Assembly (NCBI GenBank): GCA_030704615.1
Contig: CM060732.1
Location: forward strand, 6,820,001-6,884,000
Length of the DNA stretch: 64,000 bases
DNA from: Takakia lepidozioides
Taxonomy: Eukaryota; Plantae; Bryophyta
Direction of reading: 5' to 3'
Shown here: in pieces, positions 51,501 to 63,254 of the stretch
Numbering within the stretch: position 1 is the stretch's first letter
Layout: each line of letters starts with the position of its first letter
Notes under the pieces: model-generated
Told to the model about the DNA's origin: nothing
The model's database searches: none
Seen by the model: the letters and a program-made list of their open reading frames with translations, nothing else
Translations under genes and position numbers: made by a program

Positions 51501-52667
51501 CCTGAACTCGGGCTCACCTCTCTCTCCCCTCTGTGGTAGAAACGTCGCGCAGAGGCGGGAGCAAAAAAAGCTGAAGAAAGATAGAGAAGCATGGATGAGC
51601 GGGGGTGAGAGGCCCTGGCGGGGACCCGCGCCGTTGGCAGCCGCGACAGCAGCGCCGGCGCCACACCACCAGCAGCAGCAGCAACAGCAGAGGTAGGTCA
51701 GGGTAGAGAGGTGGTCTATGGCTCTGTCTCTGTCATGTGGGATCAAGGGAAAGATGTCGAGAGTTGTCCATAAACTTGTATGTCACACCAAAAGTGAGAG
51801 AGAGAGAGGGAGAGAGGGAGAGAGAGAGGGACAGAGCGAGGAGAGAGAGGAAGAAGAGAGGAAGAAAGAGAAAGAGATGATGAAAAAAAATAAAAAAATA
51901 AAAAAATGGGTGGGGGAGTGACTGAGCAGCTGCTGCTCAGTCCCCCCCCCCCCCCCCCCACCTTCCCACTCTCTCCCTCTCTTTTGTCTCTATCCCTCTC
52001 CCTCTCTCTTTTTAACTTTTTCTGACCCCTCTCTCCCTCTCTGGTTTTTTTTGGTTTTGTGAGCAACACAAAAGAGAGCGAAGATACTTTTTGTCATGTC
52101 AAGACAAAGACAGGACCCCTAGGGTCATTGTCATGAAAGAATAAATAGACATATTTGCCACTTCACAGTGGGCACCATCCATCAATCATCAAGCTTAGAA
52201 AATCCAGAATTACATCCATGCACAGTAATGTGTTCATGTCAGTATTATTCATAATCCAGAGAGTATGCCACTGATGCTGATTGACCACCAGTCAAGATCA
52301 TGATACACTTGGGATGGAGGGTATTTGGCCATATTTTGGCCTTGATGTGGTGCAGGTCACATAGTCATACAGATTTACTGTCTACAAGCTGTAATCCAAG
52401 CATACTTACTAAAAACCCCATGGATGTCATGGAGGGTTTTCTTAAAAAAGAAATGAACACTTGGATATCACAGATTTAAATACCTTGTCTTGCCAGTATT
52501 TGTTTAGACTGGTGTGCAGTACAGCTTGCCCCCACAGGGGATGTGGATATGTCTGGTAAGTTTTCCAGAACACCCCTATACCTTTATTTCTTGCTACAGC
52601 TGAAAATCAAAGCTCATGACACAGCAAGGTAAATATAAAGAAACGCATACACATCTTGTGACAGTAT
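40036..52667. repeat. 12.6-kb macro-repeat: four copies of a mostly non-coding B block interleaved with purine/CAG-rich A blocks
   Basis: B starts (AAGATA(C/G)TTTTTGTCATGTCAA) at ~40989, 45763, 49015 and 52081; A blocks at 40036-40988, 48085-49014 and ~51390-52080. Confidence 0.9.
44074..45633 (-). CDS. Uninterrupted 519-aa unknown protein with RGG-rich C-terminus (candidate retroelement ORF1)
   Basis: Open frame; NRGRGANFRGRGGYQRGGRFG tail; followed by the same 3' module as the Penelope-like RT. Confidence 0.6.
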   Translation of the reverse strand: MGYQPPLPPPIPAIQAVLAQTKPMDFHAKVQALDSAAIDLGHDNPILLLETLALEDWVKLSLSANKNGKYMIRLIDYHERMPTILEEDTKELSECGLKGEKIEAALRLANPDDEQTPSTQKSSSNAEQDFTPSVTNHPLLSHMCLPEHEIDAVKDFCEHMEMSQVEQDRAAGATPGNQQFVPWTPPRSVELDMANNEHMMWHPQANINLLAPISIEMWMKWGNITDAEHLRCYQDAIDGFQRFKKEPIVVAWPLKTFYYKLCDNGDNITLRTKNDPSTGSVRSRNHKSQLWNWHRPYLRCNCGPGAAPSGCVGSVAWFDHLVWYMINHLGAFFLDATYPSAQSKYYSFIVRLMRAARSAILAQITFQMIRELLLEAAETFADNPKAKLLDKLPDSKGARFIERLIKPGCFSDSLPKPAFNSYKRQRIEGNTFQQTGRPNRGRGANFRGRGGYQRGGRFGQKQQSFSNSENAKSVTRTSNGGSGSNSCSTIDIGSHGSNRSRQMAGEFSPIHKRNFDAWE

Positions 52668-52960
52668 CACTACAACAGATCGCGGTAGTTATGTCTGCCA
52701 AACCGTGGTAGTCATGGTTTTCATGACTTTGACCATGACTGCACCATGTTTTTATATGAAATTGACCTCGCCCGCAGTTCATACGACTGTAATCATATGA
52801 ACGACTATCTAAATAGTCGTCTGTATGACTACATGACTCCGGAATGGGCGGAAGGCTGGTCAACGGCAATTGACCAGATTTAGCTTACCATTCATAGTCA
52901 TTTCCATGACTACAATGTACATGGATGAGGTTACATAGACATGATGACTATTGGGGATTT
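52668..52960 (+). mobile_element. CACTA terminus with subterminal repeats
   Basis: CACTACAACAGAT starts exactly where B-block homology stops, followed by repeated (C)ATGACT motifs. Confidence 0.65.
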
Positions 52961-54109
52961 TGTAATTTGCTGTGTATAAAAACACCATATGATTATATGA
53001 ATGACTAATGGGTGTATTGGTTAACAGGTAATGAACTATAACTCTTATAATAAAGAGGTTGCAGGTTCAAACTCCTCTAAGTACAATCAAATGGATAAAA
53101 TGGCCCTAGGGTTAGTAGGCGAGCTGGGGATAGCACGTGGTACCCTAGATGGACTGCCATGTGGTTTTTTTATTATTATAAAATGCATTATGCCACGTGG
53201 CACAATGCGGTGCGACGCGGCGTTTGACATATGTTTTTATTTTTTTTAGTTTTTTTAATTTAATTTAATTTTAAAAATCAATTGCGCCTCGTCACGTGGC
53301 GCGGCAACAGCGGCTGCAGTATGCAAGAGGTGCACACTCTTCGGAATATGGATCCAGGGGACCAGTGAGCTTGGCTTGCGGTCCCCACAAAATGGTACGC
53401 CCATCCTTTTCGGATAGTAGAACTGTACTTCTGCAAGTACCTCTGACTCTGGCCACAGAAAGGTCCGACTTATGTCTTGCCTACCAGTAACCTTTTTTGC
53501 TCGAACTAAGATAATACTATGTCATTCACTTGTGTTTCCACATGCATGTATTCTTGTTGGAGGGTTCATGTTTTTCTGCTCTCCCAAACTTTGTTTTCCT
53601 CATTCGACCCCCGGCAAGGAAATGCGGCGCCGCATTTCCAAGTAACGTCGTAGGTACTGGTAGATGCGGCCTTCGCAAACACCAAACCGCCTAGAAATTT
53701 CGCACGTGCGAACCCTAATACGGCACCGCATTTCCCAGTTGAGTCGCAAACCTTTCCCGCCGAATACCCGAAGATGACAGAATTGTGAAGTACTGCAGAC
53801 TCTATTGGTGCAGACTCTATTGGTTCAATCGCGGCAAAAGGGTCAGCTTCATTCCAATGTTAAGGCATGTAAAACCGCGGAATACTCTATAGAGGCCAGT
53901 ATGCGACGTCCTTTTGCCGTGGTATACTGGATTTCTCGTTGCACGGTCACTCATTTCCATGAGCGGATCTAAAAAAACCATGAGTGGACTTGTTACTGAC
54001 GACATATCTTCGCCGCATTACAGGATCTGGAACTTCCAAAAACGGCAAGGTCAAATTTAAAAAACTATTATTTTAATACTTGTTTAATCTGCTGTATTTT
54101 CAAATTTGG

Positions 54110-54220
54110 AGGAGTCCACTCATGAAATCCGCGTGTCTTAGACTTCGGCTCACCGCTCATGCGGCTCATGCGGCTCATGGCTCATGGCTCATGGTTTCTG
54201 CTCATGAAATAGTAAACCTC
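54110..54220 (-). mobile_element. Variant terminus of the unclassified TIR element
   Basis: (GCTCAT)n then GAAATAGTAAACCTC directly abutting the RT; minus strand reads GAGGTTTACTATTTCATGAG. Confidence 0.55.
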
Positions 54221-55690
54221 AGAAGCACGGGATGAACTTACATGGCTTCTTTCTCACCTTTACATGTCCGGACTTGACAAGGCTAACAACAATGTGTGTT
54301 TTATGTGTGTGAAGCACATAAGAACTCAAAAGTACCACCGACTGATGGGTAAAGATTTCAAACCCTGTTCTGAAAATGAGGTATGGTTTTCACCCGATTG
54401 TGTCATGTTAAGCATTTATGAAGAATTACAGAACTTGCTACCTGAGATACCAGCAGTGGCATGTAACCTCTCCTACATGATGGGAATTTACAAGCTGCAC
54501 AAAAAGAAGTACCGCTGGATTGCCAACGCCCATAATTGTATTTTCAGCGAACTTGCCAGTCTATTGACACGTGCCACCAAGGAATGGGTCAAAGCACGGC
54601 TTGATACTTATGATTTTTTTTTCAAAGTGTCCACTTCCATGTACTGGATAATAGACAACATCTCTGATTTTACTTTGAATCTACCTGCAAAGATCCATGA
54701 TGTGTTTGTCGCTGACATCACTCAATGTTATGAAAACATAACTTTGACAAGTGAAGATAATTTGGGTGTCGCCATCGAATACGTGGTTCAGATTGCCTTC
54801 CGGCAATACCGCATTGCCCACCCTCGATCCAATCACTCACTATGGATTCCAGCCAGGAATGACACCTTCGAAAAGTGTAGGTGGGGACCTTCCTCTCCTA
54901 AAACTGGTATATGGATTGAGCTCTCCAAAGCTAGATTGCTTGGGCTTCACAAGTGGTTGATGACTCATTGCTTTGTTGCTTTGGGGGATCGAGTTTGGCA
55001 ACAAGTTTTTGGTATACCCATGGGTTTTCCATGTTCTCCTTTATGGTGTAACATTTACTTCTTGTCCTATGAACTAAGATTCATCCTCCGATTGGCGGCT
55101 CTAGGACAGTCCAGCTTATGGCTAAATTCAAGTCAGCCTTCCGGTACATTGATGACATCCGTTGGTTGAATGTTGGGGATGCTAAGCTATTTCTTGATCT
55201 TTCTACGGACAGAAATAGCCAAAACCCATGGTGGGTTTACCCACTCAATGTAGTGGGGAAATTAAACCGGAGTAGGAAGTATAAGAACAAGGTGATACAC
55301 CTTACACTGGCCTGGAAGCTTGCTTATGAATGTGCAAGATCAGTGTACTAAATCATGATAAGCTTGTTCAGTTCCGAAAATATGATAAGAGAAGGATGTG
55401 CCCTTTTCTTAACACAATACATCCAATTTCCTTCTAACGACCTGTAATGTAAAATCAGTCTTCAATGTGGGTCGGTCTCCAAGCCTTCATATTCTGTCTA
55501 TTTCCAGCAAGCGGAACTTTGCCTGGAGTGAATGTTGTTTCTTATCCAAACCCTTGGGAGGAATGGCTTCAAGACCAAGAAGCTGGTTTGAATCCTGATA
55601 AAGTTCCTGGAACATGGCTCTTTTCCTGGTCTCCACTTCCCGCTACACGAGCTAATTACCAAGCTAAGAGGTACAATAGATTCCTCATGA
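54221..55690 (+). pseudogene. Penelope-like RT, second copy
   Basis: Highly similar to 27314-28415 (inverted) plus 33786-34160; DKANNN, GIPMG..CSP, RYIDD; indel-rich at 55250-55530. Confidence 0.85.
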
Positions 55691-57739
55691 CCTTATACAT
55701 GTCCTCTTTTGTTCAAGTGCCTGAAATGTGTTTGAGGGGAGGAAGAGGAAGTAGGCTTTTCCAACCCCTTTGGCAATTTTGTCCCGGGGTTGGGAACTAT
55801 TTTTTGCAGAGGGAGAAATCTTATGAAGGGGTCTGGTATGCACTCCTTTACGTGATGAGTGCATACCACACTCACTCCATAAGGGACTGCCATACCAGGG
55901 GCTGGTTGGTGGGTGCCCCCTCCCTCCTTGGAATTGGCTGGTTTTTTCAGTGATAATTTCCTATTTTTTCATCCATACTGGATGGACTCTGGCAGTTTTT
56001 TCACCCGCCATATAACAATTTTTCATCCATACCGGATGAACTACCAGGGTGGACACTGAATTACCTCTAAGCTGAGTCTCTGATTTTTCATTCCTCTTTT
56101 ATTGACTTTCATCCATACTGGATGAGTTACCAGAGAATGAGGAATTACCTCTGTGGGGGTTGCCACTAGCATCCTATTTTTCCATCCATATCGGATGAAA
56201 AATGACATGACATTATTTTTTTCATGATTTTTTATCCATACTGGATAAGGCAATTTTTTTTGGGATGTTGAATTACCTGTTAGGATGTAAAACCGATGCC
56301 TTGGATGTTATCTACTGTTTTTTCATCCTACTAATGGACTTTTTCCAACAGATGAACTCAATGATTTTTTCATCTGAACCGGATGAAATATACAGCTTTT
56401 GATGGCCCTGGACTGATGTTAATTACCCTTCATTATGGTTAATTAAGGAGTGAAACCCTAGCCCCTACCCTAAAACCTACTGTTTAACCTAGCTACGGAT
56501 GACATCTGTCGGGTTTTAAAGAATATGATGTTGATTACTCATCCTGCACGGATGAAAAATCGGGCAAAAGCCCTAAGATGTCTCTCCCGCCGTCAGAAGC
56601 ACGAGGAGTGCTTCTGAGCTCGTGGGAAGAGCGTTATGATGTCTGCGTTCTGCCGCTACTCTGTTTGCTGCATCGTACCCGTGCTGGGCGATCTCCTGGG
56701 GATGCGCAATGGCGGCGCTTTGTTTTTCTTTACAGGCGGGAGACAATGCTGTGAATGCATCATCTCTTTCCCCCTGGCTTTTAATTTTTGCAGCGGTGCT
56801 TGTGTTGGGAAGTATCTCTCTTTTCCTTCTTAAACCTAGCAAGTGTGTTTGTATGCTTCACTTCTCCTTTGCTTTGCTGGAGGCGGCTTGCTGGTGGCGA
56901 TGGCGCACAGTTACCTTCCCCAATCGCTCAAGGTGCTTTTGGTGATTAGGGTTCCTTTTGTTTTATGTCTTTCTCTCTTGCTTTTGAGATTTTTAGTTGA
57001 CATCGATGACAAGTGTAGGGGTCTGTGATTCACCCAAGGGGTTCCACAATCTTCACTAATCTGTTGGTTTTTGTGGGGGCTTGTGATGGGACCAGGTGAG
57101 GATCCCTACTTGCTTTGAATTCTCTTGAGCTTGCAGATACGGATGTGGGCAAAGGGAACCTATTGTGTATGGCGTCTTGACTACTACCTGCAACCCCAAT
57201 TTCGGCCCGCTTGTTCCTGGTTTGGCATGTGGATGCTTACTTTTGACTTATGTTTTGCTGCCTTTGATGGAGCACTTCGGTCTGGCAGGCTTGTCTCTTG
57301 AAGCCCAACATCTGGACCTTACCTTGTCTTGAATCTTTGACAACATTGCCTGTGGATTATTAAGCTAGGTACTGTTTTGGCCTTAAAGAGGAGTTATGGT
57401 TTATGGGTAAGGCATCAATGGATGTTAGGTTTTAAGGAAGAGGAGGCCATGTTTTTAAAGATGGCAGCCTGATAAGGCAATGACAGGCCTCTTTCAGGCC
57501 TGGATTTGGTGTGGAATGGAGCATAGTGAGGTTTATTTGCAAAACCTGGCATAAGCATCCTGGAAAACAGTGTTGGTAAGCTCTATTGGACCTTTGCCAG
57601 AGATTATTTGCCTTATTTTGCCATCAGACCAGGCACCTGCAATGTATGATTTATTTTTTTGGCCAAGTGGGCTTGGTCTCGGGCACTCAAAGTGTTTGTG
57701 TGTCCATATCTTAAATCTGTAATATGGCAGGCCTTTCTT

Positions 57740-58440
57740 CCATGCCAAGATGCCTTACATGATGCATGTCTTGGGGCAATTATACATGGTATAGAATGAA
57801 GTTGCAGTCTGTCTTGTCATGCCCAAGAGGGTTACTTGGTTGCATGTTTGGAATCTAATAAACTGCAGGCTGGTCCATCAAGATGCTTGTGTATACATGT
57901 CTTGAATCTATAGTATGGTAGCTAGCTGTTCTTACCTACCCAAGGGGCCTTGCATGATGCATGTCTTGGGGTACTTACAAATGGCAAAGAGTGAAGCTTG
58001 CAATATGTTTTGTCATGCCCAAGAAGTTTACTTGGTTGCATGCTTGAAATCTGATAAATTGCAGGCTGGTCCTTCAAGGTGCTTGTATGAACATATCCTG
58101 AATCTGTAGTAGGGTAGGCTGTTCTTACCTACCCAAGGAGCCTTGCATGATGCATGTCTTGGGTTACTTACAAATGGTAAAGAGTGAGGCTGCATTATAT
58201 TTTGTCATGCCCAAGAGGATTAATTGGTTGCATGCTTGGAATATGATAAACTACAGGCTGGTCCATCAAGATGCTTGTGTATACATATCTTGGATCTGTA
58301 ATGTGGCAAGCTGTTCTTACATGCCCATGATATCTTGCATGATGCATATCTTGGGATAATTACGGATGATATAATCTGAGGCTGCAATTTAACTTGTATT
58401 GTGCAAGAGGGTCACTTGGGTACATGTCAGGAATCTGAAC
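57740..58440. repeat. ~193-bp tandem repeat, about 3.5 copies
   Basis: CATGATGCAT(G/A)TCTTGGG recurs at ~57758, 57953, 58146 and 58338. Confidence 0.85.
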
Positions 58441-58999
58441 ATGATAAACCCCGCCCTCCCACCCTGTATTATCATGACTGAATGGGTGTTGTCACTTGGT
58501 ATGCTATGACAAGATTGGAAGTGTTAGATGGTGCCCTGTCATGGGCTGTTTATGTCTTTAATTGACAATGACCCTAGTGGGTCATGTCATCTCCGTCATG
58601 AGTCTTTTCAAGGAAGAGTCCTGAAGGTGGGCATAGCCGTTGTGGGCCAGAGAGGGGCACTTGCATTGCAAACCTGAATGCGAAAGTATATATGGTCCTC
58701 CGCTCGCTCGTACTCCACTTGTTCGTCGAAAGCGGGCTTCCTTCTAAAGTTGCAAAATGCAGTCATGTCATCGTGCCACCTGCATTCGACGAAGTGGAAT
58801 TTGACCCTCGCAATTGCGAATCCCGTAGCTGGCCCGAGATATTATGCTGGAGTGAACCGATGCGCATGGTGATGAGTTTCTGGGCAGTTTTGTTGGATTC
58901 TCTTTGGGTGAGACCCAGAATTGGACAACAGTGGATACTTGTTGTGCGAGACAGACTTGGAAGATGAAATGTGCGTCTGTTCAAGTTCTGCTCATAAAG

Positions 59000-59375
59000 T
59001 GAGGCCGCATTTCCGTCCAGTCGGAGAAAAAACATCCCTGTGCACATCCCACAACGGAAATGCGGTGCCGCATTCCCGTTCGAGCTCGTCCTCTCTCTGA
59101 GTGTGGATGGAAATGCGGCACTGCATGTCCGTCCACTGTCACACCAAACAAATGCTGGAACGGAAATGCGGTATCGCATTTCCGTCCGGGCTCTTGAAGA
59201 GAGCCAACGGAAATGCGGTGCCGCATTTCCGTCCATTGTACTGCCTAGCACATGGTGGAACGGAAATGCGGTACCTTCCTTTGGAAGAGAGGCAACGGAA
59301 ATGCGGTGCCGCATTTCTTTCCACTATACCGCCTAGCACATGGTGGAACGGAAATGCGATACCGTATTTCCGTCC
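59000..59375. repeat. Array of ACGGAAATGCGG-TG-CCGCATTTCCGT palindromes
   Basis: Full or partial copies at ~59004, 59053, 59108, 59160, 59207, 59260, 59295 and 59348; related copies at 53618 and 53721. Confidence 0.85.
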
Positions 59376-60592
59376 GGGATGTTCATCTCGAAATGGTGAA
59401 ATACATGGTGAAATAGTAAGCTCGGAGAAATCACATGGTGAATCAGTACTTAAAAAGTCCGATTACAGAAGACGGAAGAACTTGCAGACCTCATTGAGAA
59501 ACACATGACTTCTACATGGACTCCTAAAAAAAGCTTAGGATATGACCATTCACAGGAGGAATCCATACTTCACAAAAATCTTTTATATATTCTGGATGGT
59601 AACAAGTCTGAGCATCTCTCCTCTCTAAAACAGGATTCTCCCCGAATGGAGGACAAAAGAGTACATGACCACCCGTAAGAATGTTCCTCCTGTAGAATGC
59701 CCCGTTCATTTGCCTATCCCGTTGTGTTGATATTGACAACACGAACGACGGAGTCGTGAAAAATCAGGTCCATAATGAGGAGTGGCGCTGTATTCGTCCA
59801 GTCACCATTACCGATATCTGGATGGAGATGGCGCACATGAAGATACAACACATCTATATTCGTGAGGTTCGTGAAAACATGCAAATATTCCAGGGCAGGT
59901 GGGAGATCCTCTAGACATCGTCGAGGTATTCGCGTCCGTCCTCCGATCCGATAGGAGGTACTATGGAGGTGCGGTGTAAGCATGGTAGTAAGACCTCAAA
60001 CAATGACCCTAGTGGGTCTTGTCCATGTCTTGACATGACATGAATATCTTCCCACTCTCTCCCTCTCTCTTTTTAACTTTTTCTACCCCCTCTCTCCCTC
60101 TGTGGTTTGTTTTTTTTTGTGAGCAGCACAAAAGTGAGGGTAATTGCTGTTAACCCTGGATGGTTTTAAAGATCCAAATGGATATGCAAAACTGAGATAA
60201 CTTAGCCCAGAATGGCTTATGACACTGGCTGTGATCCTTATGAAGTTGCATGTAATGAAACAATAATGTTTCAACCAGTCAGGTTTTATGATGTTGTCTA
60301 CCTTGAACAATCAGGTTTCACACATTACCCCACCCTCCCACCCTATTTATTTCTTGATTAAAAACGGTCCTGGTCCTTTATTGATAGTGCCCTATTATGG
60401 CTGATTTGTCATTTACAGTTTCCAGTCCATTTTCTTTGACTGAACTGTCCTTGTCTTGACAAGACAAGTCCAGTTGGAAGGCTGAGAAATATACCACCTC
60501 AAGGCGTCATCGAGATTAGTTGTCTCATGACCAGGTTCTGGTCTGGGTAGGGTATACCAAAGCTAACAAGAATTCAAAATGTAGTTACATTT

Positions 60593-60764
60593 GGGGGCTG
60601 CTATTTCATGAGTGGCATGAGCATGAGCGGCATGAGCATGAGCGGAAAAAAAAAAAAAAAAGCATGAGCAGACCATTGTGAGTCCACGGAAATAGGGTTA
60701 GGAGGCACGGAAATAGGGTCATGTGAAGTTGGAATGTGGCACCAGTGGACTTGAAATGCAACAT
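60593..60764 (+). mobile_element. Terminus of the unclassified TIR element adjacent to the methyltransferase-like gene
   Basis: GGGGGCTGCTATTTCATGAG + (GCATGA)n; homologous to 6979-7106. Confidence 0.65.
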
Positions 60765-60893
60765 TTTATTGCAAATTTTGTGGCAAGCCACGTCTATACA
60801 AGTGTGTTCTAACTGTCATAGCCGGAATGAGCACTACTCTCCTACACCCTCCGAGGAACTTGCCCCACCTTCTTCCTCATCCCCCTCATCCCC

Positions 60894-63225
60894 TCATCCT
60901 CCGAGCTTGTGATGCATCAGTTCCACTATGCTCTCAAAAATCCCGTCCTCTCCTTGGGGGACTGTCCACCTCACCTCCTGGGAATCTTCTGCGTCTTCTC
61001 CCCCACTTTCCTCAGCAGAATCCAAGACAAATCTACGAGCCCGACGGGCTCTAATAGCTGCTGCCTCCTCCCTTATCTTCATTTTCTTGAGGCTTGCCTC
61101 GTCTAAAATCTGCTGTACACGACTAGGTTCGGAACACCTCCTAATGGACACCGAAGCAAGCCGGGCAGCATAAGTAGGAAGGATGTACTCCCTTTCTGGA
61201 CTAGGCATGAAATCCCCCCTGGCAAAAAAAGGCACGTTCCTCCTGCCCATGAACTCCGGTGTAGACGTCCCTCGGCAGTACTTGGCATCCTACAGTAAGA
61301 ACAAATCCACTTCAAGAATGTCAATACCAGCACAACCAGAAAGGGTTTTCAATGAAATAAGAGAGCGGAGGGAGGTGCCTCACGAAATCTGGAGGCAACT
61401 TACAATGCCACCACTCACTCGTAAACCGGGGGCTCCTCGGCCTCGATCCCAACTTCCTCCCCCTGCTCCTTCTCGGATTTTTCCTCATCCTCCGAGGATG
61501 CCTCTTCCTCTTTCGGCAGACGTTCAGCGCTGCAAGTTCCGAGTTGTGGAGGGCAGTATCTGGCTCGAAGGCGAACACATGCCTGTCGGACAACGTCCCT
61601 GCCCACATTGAAGCACCTGAGGAACAAAGCGGGCGGGTAATAGCTTGCGGCATGCAATTGCAATCGGGCCAGGGGACAAACTGAGCATGTGAAGGCTTAC
61701 CCGTGCCGCATGTGAGGTCTAGAATCCGCCCTTGGACATCCGAGCACGTCTCCATGAGGGTTTGGATGAAAGCAGGGCTCCGGGTCCGACTGTACCGCCA
61801 CGGTTTGCCTGTCTTTGTGTCCTTCGGCATACTGGAGTGGGCACATAGTTGTAGAGGACATTGTAGGTTACAGGGTCCACAGCGGCATCAACAAGACGAC
61901 CGTCGTTGCGGAATTTGAATGTAGACCCTCTTCACAAAGCAATATGCCTCAAACACCAATGTGCACATCCAACAAAGAAGGGATCAACTCCAGGGTCTAC
62001 TTAACATACACCACAATATGAAGTGAATGCAATAGATTGATAACTTACACTTTGGCCCTCTGTTCGCAACCCTGTGTACTGATGCAGAACCATTTTCTGA
62101 GGAGGACCGGGGTGACACTTTTGGTGTCCACCTTGCCACCGCATTCTCTGTGGTCTTCCCTCTCGTGGCAAGGACAACCCACATCCACCGTCATCCAGAA
62201 GCATCCCCGCCAGCCCAAACCCGGCTTTCCAGTAGTCCTCAGTAAACCTGTTCTAGGTGGGCACACCATCCAGGCCCTCCAGCAGCTCCCCATCTGGAAT
62301 GTCGAGGAGAATCATGTCGCAAGCTCTCTCCACCTTCTCTCTCTCCTGAGTGCTCTTGCAATTCGTGCCCACAGCCGTGAAGAATTCCATCATGGCTTCA
62401 AAACCAGGGGTGTCTTTAGGCTCTGTACCGCCAGCCCTCTTCTTGGCTTTCCCCTTCTGCTCCGCCAGAGACTTGTTGTGTGCCACCTTCTTCGCCCTGG
62501 CAGCGAGAGCGTCAAGGAAGCTCTCATTGACGCATTGGATGATGGTTGGAGGTTCTAGCTTTGGCCTGTGTGTAAACGTCACCGCCGAATACCGCCGTGT
62601 AGGCTCGCCCTCAAATGCCAACTTCTTGGCAGAGCCAGTCCCACTCCGAACTGACTTGGGAACCCGGACGACCGGTGACTGGTAGGAGCAACAGCAGTCA
62701 CAGGACCTTGAACAAAGTCGTCGTCCGAGTCACTCTCTTGGGTCCCTCCTGCACCTCCCCGATGCCCCGATGGTTTTCTTCTTTTTGGGTGTTACTGCAC
62801 TCATCTGTTTCCTTGTCCTTTTCCTTTGGCCTTTACTCTTCTCATGCAATTTCTCCTGAATTCCTGCCTGAGCAAAGCTCTGCCGCTTTCCTGGAGTTCG
62901 CAAGCGCTTTTGCCTCTTTTGCACCCAACGGAGGCAGCGGAGAGCCCGGTTTCGTCGGAATTCAGCATCCACTTCAATTGAAACTCGGATGATGGGTCAA
63001 GCGAGCCGGGCGGAAGGTCCACATACCAAGGGCAATCACGCAAATGTTCCAGATGCCACTCCTTCACAATATCGTCAGTGTACATGGAGTCAGCCCCAGG
63101 GTTCCTCCATGCCAGAAGAATGGTGGCTCGAAAAGACAGATGACCTTTCTCCAAAAAGGAGAACTTGCAGTACCTGCATTCATGAAAAACAATGAGGTCC
63201 CTGAAATGCATATTCGGCACCATTT
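60894..63225 (-). pseudogene. Intron-containing beta-class N4C/N6A DNA methyltransferase-like gene (copy 2), frameshifted
   Basis: Motif IV-like CDMILLDIPDG...VPT(stop, likely W)NRF...LLDDGG; motif X-I GKPWR..R.PAFIQTLMETCSDVQGRILDLTCGT-G|intron 61617-61700|GASMWAGTLSDRHVFAFEPD; acidic C-terminus. Confidence 0.7.
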
Positions 63226-63254
63226 TCCAGGTTGGGGCGGATGTGAGTGGCCTA

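Noticed and set aside
59000-59375. CRISPR array
   Set aside because: Spacers are irregular and partly duplicated, there are no cas genes, and the context is eukaryotic.
60894-63225. Bacterial contamination or restriction-modification system
   Set aside because: GT-AG intron inside the motif, plant TE neighbours and no cognate endonuclease or operon.
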